Part shown: piece after piece, positions 38,386-47,596 of the stretch
How positions within the stretch are numbered: the first letter of the stretch is position 1
Layout: every line of letters begins with the position of its first letter
Assembly: GCA_040390045.1 (NCBI GenBank)
Contig: JAZJZC010000001.1
Span: 36,345-100,344 of the forward strand
DNA from: Patescibacteria group bacterium
GTDB taxonomy: Bacteria; Patescibacteriota; Minisyncoccia; Phycocordibacterales; SIBU01
Reading direction: 5' to 3'
DNA length: 64,000 bases
Notes under the pieces: model-generated
The model's input: the letters and a program-made list of their open reading frames with translations, nothing else
The model's database searches: none
Told to the model about the DNA's origin: nothing
Made by a program: the position numbers and the translations under genes

Positions 38386-39465
38386 TCAACGATTACCTAA
38401 TGCGTCGAAAAGCTCCTTAATCAAATCGTGAGACCTTCCCAGACCGTCACAACTATCGGTGATGGAAACCCCGCTCTCAATAGTTGGCTTCTGTCCCGAA
38501 CGAATGACAATTTTCTGGCTACCGTCGAGCAGATTACTCTCGTATAGCCCGCCAAAAATTGGCACACCCGAAGCTACTTGATTTGCTACTGACCGGCAAA
38601 CTTCAATCTGCGCCTTGTGATCTTTACCTGAATTGGCGTGACTAAAATCAACCACCAAACGAGGGGACAAACCTTGCGCAGTTAGGGCGTGCTGAGCTTC
38701 AGCCACCTGCTCCGGACAGTAGTTCGGACCATGATGTGTGCCTCGAAGGATCAGGAATCCGTCGGGATTACCTGTGGTTTCAAACTTGGCCATAATGCCG
38801 GAATCAGACACGGCAGGCAATGAGTGCGAGGTCTTTGCAAACGCCAAGGAATCAAGCGCCGGCTGCAACGGTCCGCTAATGGGGTTTTTGAATCCCACGG
38901 GGCACGAAAGCGCACTGGCCACCTGTCGCAATTGCTGATTGGTCACCTCTCGGGCGCCAATCCAGTACAGCGAGTAGAGATCATCAAACCTCTGCTGACC
39001 CGGGATATCGTTGTATTCCGTGGCGATCGGAATTCCCAACTCAGACAAGTCCAGTGCAAGCCGACGCCCCTCTCGCCAACCTTTCTCAATATCATAACTA
39101 CCGTCAAGATCAGGATCGGACCAAAACCCAGTCCAATCTGGCTTGGTGCGCGGCTTACTGAAACAGAGCCGCATCATGAAGAAAATCCTCGAACCAAATT
39201 TCTTCTGCAGCACGGAGAGCCATCGGCCATACTCCAGGCAATCCTCAGTGGAGTGTACAGAACACGGCCCGAGAACAAGCATGAAGCGCGGATCAACTCC
39301 ACGCAGGATTCTTTGCCCGATTTTCCTGGCGGTGCCGATTGTTTTCCAAGCCTTTTCAGTCATCGGCAAGTCAGCTTTGAGCTGCGCCGGCGAAGGTAGG
39401 GGGTGCTCACTGCGGATACGGATGTTGGTCATTCGAGCAACACGGTGACGTAATTGAGTACTCAT
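38386..39465 (-). CDS. DAHP synthase, class I-alpha (AroF/AroG type)
   Basis: GPCSVH, KPRT, GFKN, DFSHANSGKD, GVSITDSC. Confidence 0.92.
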   Translation of the reverse strand: MSTQLRHRVARMTNIRIRSEHPLPSPAQLKADLPMTEKAWKTIGTARKIGQRILRGVDPRFMLVLGPCSVHSTEDCLEYGRWLSVLQKKFGSRIFFMMRLCFSKPRTKPDWTGFWSDPDLDGSYDIEKGWREGRRLALDLSELGIPIATEYNDIPGQQRFDDLYSLYWIGAREVTNQQLRQVASALSCPVGFKNPISGPLQPALDSLAFAKTSHSLPAVSDSGIMAKFETTGNPDGFLILRGTHHGPNYCPEQVAEAQHALTAQGLSPRLVVDFSHANSGKDHKAQIEVCRSVANQVASGVPIFGGLYESNLLDGSQKIVIRSGQKPTIESGVSITDSCDGLGRSHDLIKELFDALGNR

Positions 39466-39553
39466 AATTTGTTAGTTATTCAGTTGTCAAAAATCTGCTT
39501 TTGTTTTCGGAAACTTCAGATTTGAGCGAATTGCGCCAAACATGAAGTTACCT

Positions 39554-39734
39554 AAAACAAAACGAGTCTGGGTTACATTCCAGAGCTCGTTTCTAATATC
39601 GTTGGAGAGAAGCTTTAACGATAGCAGGAATCAGCTCTGGACGCAGTGCCCCAGAAGCCAAAGAAAAAGAAGTTGCTATAGTTATTGCCCGATTTCATAT
39701 TCGCCATATTACACAACGGTTTACAAAATGTCAA
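39554..39734 (-). promoter_or_regulatory. Aromatic amino acid attenuator of DAHP synthase
   Basis: TTGACA-N17-TAATAT, Phe-rich uORF, mutually exclusive antiterminator and terminator (39554-39593). Confidence 0.85.
39615..39698 (-). CDS. Leader peptide MKSGNNYSNFFFFGFWGTASRADSCYR
   Basis: 27 aa with tandem TTC TTT TTC TTT GGC TTC TGG. Confidence 0.85.
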   Translation of the reverse strand: MKSGNNYSNFFFFGFWGTASRADSCYR

Positions 39735-39749
39735 CAAAGGTTCTGACTC

Positions 39750-39863
39750 CCCTCCGATACGAAATGCGGGCCAACGAAAATACGAAATTATACGAAAACC
39801 GTAGCGACGGTAAAAAGTTTTCGTATTTTTTCGTATTTTCGTACCCTTTCGTATGTTCGTATT
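39750..39863. repeat. TACGAA-rich palindromic element (copy of 2389-2504)
   Basis: Reverse-complement similarity along about 115 bp. Confidence 0.8.
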
Positions 39864-40684
39864 TACCTCTCCTTGTAATAGACCTTATTCCCAAACCTCA
39901 AATCAACATATTCAACGTTTTTAAAAACTTTGCCATCGCTAAATTCACTACTTACCAAAAGTGTTTGAAAGTTTTTCAAAACTAAAGAAAAATCAGCGTC
40001 GCGGGCAAAAATAATTTTCTGACCTCCGGAAAAATCAGCCTCAAAATCTAAATCAGGGCGTTCTCGAAAAGCTGTCACCTTAAACCCTGCGCTTGAAAGT
40101 TGTTCAGCAAAATCTAACAGTTTTTTAAAATAATCAGGCGAAACATATTGCAATTTCATCGGTTCCGCTTTTTCTTCGGCAGAATAGAATGTAATAAATT
40201 CGAGTGACGTATCTTCCATTTGGTAAAACGGACTAAAAATTAAACCGGTGTCATCCAAAAAGTAACACTGTTCCGGTTTTCCCTGACACCACAAAGCTTT
40301 GGGGCTTCGCTCGATGACACTGACCGTAATGGCGTGAGAATTTTTATAGCTAACCCCAACATGAGCGACCTGAGAATACGAATCAAGAATAGTTGATTCT
40401 ATTTTTTTGGCCGGATAGAAAAAAATATTTGATTTCGGAATCGTGAAAAAATATCGTCCCTGTAAAAATCCTTCCGTCGTTGACGCAATGTCTGCAGTTG
40501 CGAGGGACGTGGCTCCGACCACTTCAACATCAGAAATGGTAATAAAATTAAGACCTGATAGATAATAGACTGAGCCCCACAAGCCACCGAAAAAAAAGAC
40601 CGCGAGAATTATTCTACCGATAATCACCTTGCGGCGTTTCGCTTTTAGACGCGCGGATTTTAGATTGTATGTTCTGCCATTCAT
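39863..40684 (-). CDS. Cell division FtsQ/DivIB-like protein
   Basis: Basic N-terminus, TM, POTRA-like region, C-terminal YVDLRFGNKVYYK. Confidence 0.8.
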   Translation of the reverse strand: MNGRTYNLKSARLKAKRRKVIIGRIILAVFFFGGLWGSVYYLSGLNFITISDVEVVGATSLATADIASTTEGFLQGRYFFTIPKSNIFFYPAKKIESTILDSYSQVAHVGVSYKNSHAITVSVIERSPKALWCQGKPEQCYFLDDTGLIFSPFYQMEDTSLEFITFYSAEEKAEPMKLQYVSPDYFKKLLDFAEQLSSAGFKVTAFRERPDLDFEADFSGGQKIIFARDADFSLVLKNFQTLLVSSEFSDGKVFKNVEYVDLRFGNKVYYKER

Positions 40685-40706
40685 ACGGCGTCTACGCCTT
40701 AAAACT

Positions 40707-41975
40707 TTAGTTTTTAGAAATCACCACCTTGCCAAAATATTTTTGAAGAGCTTCTGGGATTTTTATAGAACCGTCAGCTTGCTGATTATTTTCAATAAGT
40801 GAAACTAGAATTCGAGGTGACGGAACCGCTGTTGAATTGAGAGAATGTGCATAGCGCAACTTCCCCTCTGCATCCTTATAGCGAATATTAAAACGTCGAC
40901 ATTGAAAATCGTGGAAATATGAAGCAGAAGAAATTTCCCTGTATTTATTTTCTTGCGGTACCCACAATTCGATATCGTACTTTTTCACTTGGCCAAGACC
41001 TAAATCCCCGCCACAATTGACCACTGTATGATACGGAATACCTAAAGATTCCATAAATTCTTCCGTGTTTCGATTGATTTCCTCATGAAGCTTGACCGAT
41101 GTTTCGTGATTGGCTTCGCAGAGCACTACTTGCTCTAGTTTGTAAAATTCATGAACGCGAATCAAGCCCTTTACATCTTTACTGTAACTGCCCACCTCAC
41201 GCCGAAAACAAGGAGAAAAACCAAGATATTTTATCGGAAACTGTGATGACGAGAGCACTTCTTCAGAGTGGTAACCCATTATTGGAACTTCAGAAGTTCC
41301 AGCTAAATACTCCCCGTCTTGAGTTTTGTACAAGTCCTCCTCACCTTGAGGAATAAACCCAGTACCTAAAAACATTTCTCTGCGGTCAATAACAGGTGGC
41401 ATCACAGGCATAAAACCTTTCTTTGAAAAAAAATCCAACCCGTAACTCCAAATGGCAAAACACAAACGAACACTTTCACCTGTCAGAAAGTAGCCACGAA
41501 AGCCATGGACTTTTGCGCCACGTTCAAAATCAACCATCCCAAGTGCCGTCATGAGTTCAAGATGATCTTTTGGTTGAAAATCAAACTTTGGCTTCTCGCC
41601 CCAAACTTTTATTTCTTTATTATCTGCATCACTGTCCCCATCTGGTACAGACATGTCGGGAACATTTGGCACTGTGAGCATAAGTGCGTGCCACTCTTTC
41701 ATGATTGGTTTCAATTTTTCTTCTTCATTCTCAATCAGCCCCTTCAAAAGTTTCATCTGGGTAATGAATGCGTTGCGTTCGTCAGAAGTTGCAGCCTTGG
41801 AAATCCGGTCGTTGAAAGAATTTTGCTCAGCTCGCTTCTTTTCAATTGAACCCATGAGTTCGCGGCGATTATCATCAAGTGCAACAAGCGCATCGATATC
41901 AACGCTGACATGTTTTTTCTTGGCGCCAAGGGCGACAATTTCTTTATTTTCTCGAATGAATTTTATATCAAGCAT
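40707..41975 (-). CDS. serS: Seryl-tRNA synthetase
   Basis: MLDIKFIREN, GTSE, FRRE, GLIRVHEF. Confidence 0.97.
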   Translation of the reverse strand: MLDIKFIRENKEIVALGAKKKHVSVDIDALVALDDNRRELMGSIEKKRAEQNSFNDRISKAATSDERNAFITQMKLLKGLIENEEEKLKPIMKEWHALMLTVPNVPDMSVPDGDSDADNKEIKVWGEKPKFDFQPKDHLELMTALGMVDFERGAKVHGFRGYFLTGESVRLCFAIWSYGLDFFSKKGFMPVMPPVIDRREMFLGTGFIPQGEEDLYKTQDGEYLAGTSEVPIMGYHSEEVLSSSQFPIKYLGFSPCFRREVGSYSKDVKGLIRVHEFYKLEQVVLCEANHETSVKLHEEINRNTEEFMESLGIPYHTVVNCGGDLGLGQVKKYDIELWVPQENKYREISSASYFHDFQCRRFNIRYKDAEGKLRYAHSLNSTAVPSPRILVSLIENNQQADGSIKIPEALQKYFGKVVISKN

Positions 41976-42060
41976 ATTGCGGAAGCTTAAAGCTTTAAGC
42001 TAATAGCTGTTAGCTTCCAAAAAAGATTATACCACAGCAAGAAAAGAAAAAAGCAGTGGG

Positions 42061-42378
42061 TTAGACTGCTTCGGAACTTGCGTGAACGGACTGCTCATCA
42101 TGAACGATGATGACGCACTCATGATGAACCGTTGAAATAGGAAATTTCTCACCAAAAGCCCTACTTCCACGGAGCATCAACGAATTGGAAACCGTACTTA
42201 TATCTCCACCATTTTGGCGCAAGGCCTCTAAAAGTTTGCGCCGAAAAACTCTCTCCGCGGCTGCCAACATCCCCACTTCTACCATCACCCGAAGGTATTT
42301 TTCAAGCTCATCAAGTTGCTCAGTAGTAGTAGCCGGGCGTTGGACAAAGGTGAGTAAGCCGCATTGTTGGCGATTCAT
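42061..42378 (-). CDS. Hypothetical protein, possible Fis-type HTH
   Basis: ERVFRRKLLEALRQNGGDISTVSNSL resembles HTH_8. Confidence 0.5.
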   Translation of the reverse strand: MNRQQCGLLTFVQRPATTTEQLDELEKYLRVMVEVGMLAAAERVFRRKLLEALRQNGGDISTVSNSLMLRGSRAFGEKFPISTVHHECVIIVHDEQSVHASSEAV

Positions 42379-42431
42379 ATGTATCAAAGAAAAGGTGAAC
42401 TTACTAACAACATACTATAGAATATAGAGAC

Positions 42432-43313
42432 ATGATGCAAAGTGGAGAAACACACACAATTCGTGAGCTCAGCAAAAAGGATTTTCCCAAGCGTCTTTTA
42501 GAAATTCCTGATTGCCCAAAAAAATTATATATCCGCGGCCAATTCCCGCCCGAGGAAAGTAAATTTCTCTGCGTTGTTGGTTCCAGAAAATATTCCGAGT
42601 ATGGAAGACAGGCTGTGGAAAAGTTAATTGCTGGTTTGCGCGGTTATCCTGTCGTTATCATTTCTGGTTTAGCGCTTGGCATCGATTCCCTCGCCCACCA
42701 CGCGGCACTCGACGCGGGCCTCACCACACTCGCCGTGCCTGGATCAGGCCTCGATCCAAAAGTTTTGTATCCGAAAAGTCACGAACAACTCGCCGAAAAA
42801 ATTGTAGCAAAAGGCGGCGCGTTGATTTCAGAATTCGAGCCGATGTTTAAAGCGACGACCTACAGCTTCCCGCAACGAAATAGAATTATGGCGGGACTTT
42901 CGGACGCGGTGCTCGTCGTTGAGGCTGAACTAAAATCCGGTACTCTCATCACTTCAAAATACGCGACTGAATACAATCGAGACGTCTTCACCATCCCCGG
43001 CTCAATTTTTTCTAGCACTTCTTCTGGACCGCACATGCTCATTCGCCTCGGCGCAACGCCAATCACCTCTTCATCCGAACTTCTCGACTCTCTTGGTTTT
43101 TCTTCCGCTATACCCTCTACCCTAAACCCTAGAACCTACTCCGATTGCTCCCCCGAAGAACTCCACATTATTAATCTATTGAACACGCCGACCCCGCGCG
43201 ACGAACTCATCCGCACCCTCGGCATGTCTACCCGAGAAGCTAATGCACTACTGTCTATTATGGAGATAAAAGGATTGATTGTGGAAAGTTTAGGAGAAAT
43301 TCGGTTGAGTTGA
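42432..43313 (+). CDS. dprA: DNA-processing protein DprA
   Basis: VVGSR, SGLALGID, FPQRNRI, SGTLIT. Confidence 0.96.
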   Translation: MMQSGETHTIRELSKKDFPKRLLEIPDCPKKLYIRGQFPPEESKFLCVVGSRKYSEYGRQAVEKLIAGLRGYPVVIISGLALGIDSLAHHAALDAGLTTLAVPGSGLDPKVLYPKSHEQLAEKIVAKGGALISEFEPMFKATTYSFPQRNRIMAGLSDAVLVVEAELKSGTLITSKYATEYNRDVFTIPGSIFSSTSSGPHMLIRLGATPITSSSELLDSLGFSSAIPSTLNPRTYSDCSPEELHIINLLNTPTPRDELIRTLGMSTREANALLSIMEIKGLIVESLGEIRLS

Positions 43314-43348
43314 ATGAGCTGGAAAAGTGTCAGTTGCTCACACCTCCG

Positions 43349-43448
43349 GTTCCTCCTTTCCTAAAGGAGGTGGCCGAGTCTTCGAGGTCGGAAGATTTTA
43401 AATCCCTCGTCGCATAAGAATGCGCCACTCCCTTTAAAAAAGGGAGAA
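43349..43448. repeat. Palindromic REP-like element between dprA and topA
   Basis: cctcctttcctaaaggagg ... ctccctttaaaaaagggag paired hairpins. Confidence 0.6.
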
Positions 43449-43505
43449 TTTGCTTTCCTGAAATTTGCCTATTTTTTATTTTCCATGTAATACTTACGAA
43501 CACAT

Positions 43506-45710
43506 ATGAAATTACTTATCGTCGAATCACCAGCAAAAGCGAAAACCATTTCAAAATATTTGGATGGGAAATATACCGTCAAAGCATCCGTCGGACATGT
43601 TCGCGACTTGCCAAAAAGTAATAAAAAAGCCATCGACATCGAAGGTGGTTTTATTCCGCATTACGAAATCTCCAAAGGTAAAGAAAAAGTAGTTGCTGAA
43701 CTCGAGGCCCTCGCCAAAAAAGCTGATGAAATTTTGCTCGCAACCGACCCCGATCGAGAAGGTGAAGCTATTGCATGGCACATAGCCGAGCTCATAAAAG
43801 GCGAGCTCGGAAATTCGAAATCAAAAGCACGAAATACGAAACCCGAAATAAAACGCGTAACGTATCATGAAATTACTAAAGAGGCCATTGAGGAAGCACT
43901 GAAACACCCCCGAGAAATTGACCAAAATCTCCGGCGCGCCCAGGAGGCGCGCCGGGTGCTCGACCGCCTTGTCGGATACGACCTCTCCGGCATCATTTGG
44001 AAAAAAGTTCGGTACGGACTTTCTGCTGGCCGCGTGCAATCCCCCGCTCTGCGAATTCTCGTCGAACGCGAACGTGAAATCCGCGCTTTCATTCCAGAAA
44101 AATTCTGGGTAATTTCCGCTGATGTTGAAAGTAAAAGTGGCGGGAAATTCCTTTTGCTTTGCGTCGAAGAACCGCGTGATTTCAAACTGGTAGAAAAAAT
44201 TTTGGAAATCGGCAAACGTGACGATTGGATTGTGCAAGATATTTCTGAAACTGAAGCCAAGCGAAGTCCGAAAGCTCCATTCATTACTTCAACACTCCAA
44301 CAAGCAGCAAGTTCACGCCTCGGCTTTGCTCCTTCACGAACCATGGGCATCGCCCAAAAACTCTACGAAGCCGGACTCATCACCTACATGCGTACCGACA
44401 GTACCAATCTCAGTGTTACCGCTCTAACTCAAATGACTGGTGTAATTGAAAAAAAGTTTGGGCAAGGTTTCTCTGAATCGCGCACCTACACCAAGAAAAG
44501 TAAAAACGCTCAGGAAGCGCACGAAGCTATTCGACCCACGGATCTTTCAAAAGATTCTGAAGGAGCAACGGACGAAGCCAAGAAACTCTACCAGCTCATC
44601 TGGCAAAGAACAGTCGCCAGCCAAATGGTAGATGCCAAAATTTTGCGCAGTAAAATTACGGTGCAAATTGGTACGGGTGAAATCCCTAACTTTGCCATCA
44701 ACGGCACCCGTGTCATTTTCCCCGGCTGGCTCTTGGCTGATCCCGACGCGCGAGGTGATGATGTTGAACTTCCAAAAGTAACGCTCAACGAAAAATTGAA
44801 CCTGCTTGATTTGCGCACCGAGGAAAAAGCCACCGAACCACCCCCACGCTACAGTGAGGCTGGACTTATTAAGGAACTGGAAAAACGCGGCATCGGTCGT
44901 CCGTCAACCTATGCTTCGATTTTAAAAACCATCGAGGATCGCGGCTACGTTACCAAAGAAACCAAAGCACTCAAGCCGACAGATACCGGCGAAGTAGTCA
45001 GCGGTTTTCTTGAAGAAAATTTCGCCAATTACATTAGCGACACCTTCACCGCGGAAATGGAAGACAAGCTCGACGATATTGCAAACGGCGATCGAGAATA
45101 TTTAAAAACCTTAAGCGAATTTTACAAACCATTCCTCAAAGAAGTAAAATCCAAAGAAAAATTAGAAAAAGCCACCAACCTCGGCGACGGTCCGAAAGAA
45201 TTCCCCTGCCCTCTCTGTAAAAGTCCAATGATTATCAAACTCGGAAAGACCGGCAGATTTTTAAGTTGTTCCAAATTTCCAGATTGTCTTGGCGCACGCA
45301 CAATCGCGGGCATTGAGCTCGAAGGACCTAAAGAAACTGGAGAGATGTGTCCGGAATGTAAGACTGGTAAACTCATCGAGCGCGACGGAAAATTCGGCCG
45401 CTTCATCGCCTGCAACAATTATCCTAAATGTAAATTTATTAAAAAAGATGCGGAGCTCGAAAAGAAAAATTCAACCGGTGTGGTCTGCCCTGTCTGTAAA
45501 GACGGCATGATGACTGAACGTCGCGGACGCTTTGGAATTTTTTACAGTTGTTCCAATTATCCAAAATGTAAAAACGCCATTAAAGCCAAACCAACGGGGA
45601 ACCTCTGTCCGATGTGTGGAGCGCTTATGATGCTGGGCACGAAGACTATACCCGAACGTTGTAGTAATAAACTCTGTCCCAATCATAGACCGGATAAACT
45701 TGTAAAGTAG
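43506..45710 (+). CDS. topA: DNA topoisomerase I with C4 zinc ribbons
   Basis: VESPAKA, DPDREGE, SAGRVQ, ITYMRTD, GIGRPST. Confidence 0.98.
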   Translation: MKLLIVESPAKAKTISKYLDGKYTVKASVGHVRDLPKSNKKAIDIEGGFIPHYEISKGKEKVVAELEALAKKADEILLATDPDREGEAIAWHIAELIKGELGNSKSKARNTKPEIKRVTYHEITKEAIEEALKHPREIDQNLRRAQEARRVLDRLVGYDLSGIIWKKVRYGLSAGRVQSPALRILVEREREIRAFIPEKFWVISADVESKSGGKFLLLCVEEPRDFKLVEKILEIGKRDDWIVQDISETEAKRSPKAPFITSTLQQAASSRLGFAPSRTMGIAQKLYEAGLITYMRTDSTNLSVTALTQMTGVIEKKFGQGFSESRTYTKKSKNAQEAHEAIRPTDLSKDSEGATDEAKKLYQLIWQRTVASQMVDAKILRSKITVQIGTGEIPNFAINGTRVIFPGWLLADPDARGDDVELPKVTLNEKLNLLDLRTEEKATEPPPRYSEAGLIKELEKRGIGRPSTYASILKTIEDRGYVTKETKALKPTDTGEVVSGFLEENFANYISDTFTAEMEDKLDDIANGDREYLKTLSEFYKPFLKEVKSKEKLEKATNLGDGPKEFPCPLCKSPMIIKLGKTGRFLSCSKFPDCLGARTIAGIELEGPKETGEMCPECKTGKLIERDGKFGRFIACNNYPKCKFIKKDAELEKKNSTGVVCPVCKDGMMTERRGRFGIFYSCSNYPKCKNAIKAKPTGNLCPMCGALMMLGTKTIPERCSNKLCPNHRPDKLVK

Positions 45711-45867
45711 ATTCAGGATTTAAGATTTAAGATTCAAGAATAAGAAACTAATGCCACCCTATCTGTAATCCTAGCAACAGCAGGAATAACAGTCGGTTAT
45801 AAATTTTCGTGCAACTTAAAAATCGAGGCAAAGAAAAAACTCGCACCGTAATGCGAGCTTTGAAACA

Positions 45868-46209
45868 TTAATCGAGCCTCGGAACCCAGACACGCTCTCG
45901 CACCACCTCCCGTTCAGTCCAAACGATTTCTCCAAAGGCCCTCTCGAGATTAAGCGCGCTCTCCGGTACTATAAAATCGCAAGTGCTCTTCGCGCGCCCA
46001 TTTTCAACAATGGCACTAAACAGCAACCCTTCGGTGGAAAGAATTTTTCCTGATTCAAATCTGGTCGTTACTGTCACACGGCCATTTCGCGTACTTATTT
46101 CAGCAGCGTTGGCACTGTCCATCCACATCCTGCTCGCAGTTTCGAGCAATGAACGGCGAGTAGAATCATCGAGTGCATCGCCCGCGACCCTGAATACACA
46201 TTCTGACAT
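45868..46209 (-). CDS. Hypothetical protein (ORFan)
   Basis: 113-aa ORF with downstream hairpin plus A/T tract. Confidence 0.6.
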   Translation of the reverse strand: MSECVFRVAGDALDDSTRRSLLETASRMWMDSANAAEISTRNGRVTVTTRFESGKILSTEGLLFSAIVENGRAKSTCDFIVPESALNLERAFGEIVWTEREVVRERVWVPRLD

Positions 46210-46335
46210 AGAATTTAAAGTTTGGTTTAACGATCAACGAAACTCAAAACAAAGTACCATGTAAAAAGTCGTTGAGCAAGGAACAACGTAACAAAAGAAA
46301 AAGCGCCCCGAAAAATCGGAACGCTTGCTTAAAAT

Positions 46336-46719
46336 CTACTCTCCCGGCCCAGTCCACGAGCAACACGAATGTCCTCCGCGTGGCTCCTCGTTGAGCTCGG
46401 CCCGTCTCCACCGTATGGCCTTCATGTTGGGCAAGTTCTGCTCCAACTCAAAGGTCGCGGGGTCACTTGGCCAACACGGAACGCCTGTATCGACACCCTC
46501 AACCACCCATTTTTTTCCGGAGCGAGTTGCCCAATCCTTGACCTGGGTTTTCAGAGCGTGAACCAATTCGAAAAGATTTTGGTTCGTGAACGTCGCCACA
46601 AACAACACAGAGTCTGGCGATGCATTAATTTTTTCAGGCAGAGGCCCCTCCCAAAGAAATGCTCTTAAGGATTGATCGGGACCTAGGCGGTGCACACTGA
46701 CGCTAATAATGTACCTCAT
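46336..46719 (-). CDS. Hypothetical protein (ORFan) downstream of an attenuator
   Basis: 127-aa ORF from MRYIISV. Confidence 0.6.
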   Translation of the reverse strand: MRYIISVSVHRLGPDQSLRAFLWEGPLPEKINASPDSVLFVATFTNQNLFELVHALKTQVKDWATRSGKKWVVEGVDTGVPCWPSDPATFELEQNLPNMKAIRWRRAELNEEPRGGHSCCSWTGPGE

Positions 46720-46782
46720 AAGTAGTAGGTTTCTCAAAGTTCAAAATTGTTGTTTCCCTCCTCCCACCACTCGGTGTTTGGT

Positions 46783-46965
46783 AAAACAAAAAGTAGCCCT
46801 CACGAGCTACTTTTTGTTATCGATTCTGAGAAGTGTAGTTAGAAGTCAATCGCAAAAAGAAGCCCTCGAAGGAAGGTCTTAGTCTTAGTGCTTGTCATTG
46901 ACATCGAAACTATCATAAATTGAGTGTACCAAGAGTATTAAAAAAAGCAATTGAGGTGTGGATAT
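46783..46965 (-). promoter_or_regulatory. Leader-peptide attenuator homologous to 28606-28799
   Basis: TTGCTT-N16-TACACT-N6-ATG; CGAGGGCTTCTTTTTGCGATTGACTTCT pairs with AGAATCGATAACAAAAAGTAGCTCG; terminator 46783-46818. Confidence 0.75.
46839..46916 (-). CDS. Putative leader peptide MIVSMSMTSTKTKTFLRGLLFAIDF
   Basis: 25 aa, starts at the predicted +1, overlaps the antiterminator strand. Confidence 0.65.
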   Translation of the reverse strand: MIVSMSMTSTKTKTFLRGLLFAIDF

Positions 46966-47076
46966 CTCAAAAATTTGACTAAACTTTCAAAAGTGGTATT
47001 TTAGTTTGAGCTAGAACAAGACCAACTAAACTTTTGCGACATCATTCGTTCGAGTTGCGTAGGTCGGAAGGAAAAA

Positions 47077-47508
47077 ATGAATCAGCCATTAATCGTCCGC
47101 GAAGAAAGACGCCGGGTGCTCCTTGCAGAGCAACATGTCAGTAACCATGGCGAAATGTTGAACAGGCTTTCAAGTATGTTTACACTCCAATGTGCCCCAA
47201 CCGCAATTGCAGTGCTCGTCCATCTACAGCAAGAACAGCCTGACCTTCTTATCGTGAGCGCCGCAATTCCAAATGCGCACGCCTTTCCAGAAGGAGAAAC
47301 GGCAGACGGATCGAAGACGGTGATTCTGTTGATAAAAGAAATTCGGAGAAAACACCCAGGGTTACCTGTTCTCGTTTACAACGTCGAAGCTGGTCCGCCT
47401 CGCGGTTTTAAACAAGATGCAAAAACCTTCTTTTTCCCTCTCTACCCGACCACAACGAGAGGGCTCTGCGAACGAGCGGCGGAGCTGGCAAGAAACGGCA
47501 AAAATTGA
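47077..47508 (+). CDS. Pseudo-receiver (REC-like) domain protein
   Basis: RVLLAE...QPDLLIVS...LIKEIRRKHPGLPVLVY; phospho-acceptor Asp absent. Confidence 0.65.
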   Translation: MNQPLIVREERRRVLLAEQHVSNHGEMLNRLSSMFTLQCAPTAIAVLVHLQQEQPDLLIVSAAIPNAHAFPEGETADGSKTVILLIKEIRRKHPGLPVLVYNVEAGPPRGFKQDAKTFFFPLYPTTTRGLCERAAELARNGKN

Positions 47509-47596
47509 AGGTGTTGTGGCATTTCGATTCTCATCGAAATGCCACTTTTCTTTTTCAAAAGTTGCTAGACCCTACGTATTGGAGTAGCATAAAATC

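Noticed and set aside
45752-45800. Possible small ncRNA hairpin after topA
   Set aside because: Weak stem, no recognisable family motif, single copy
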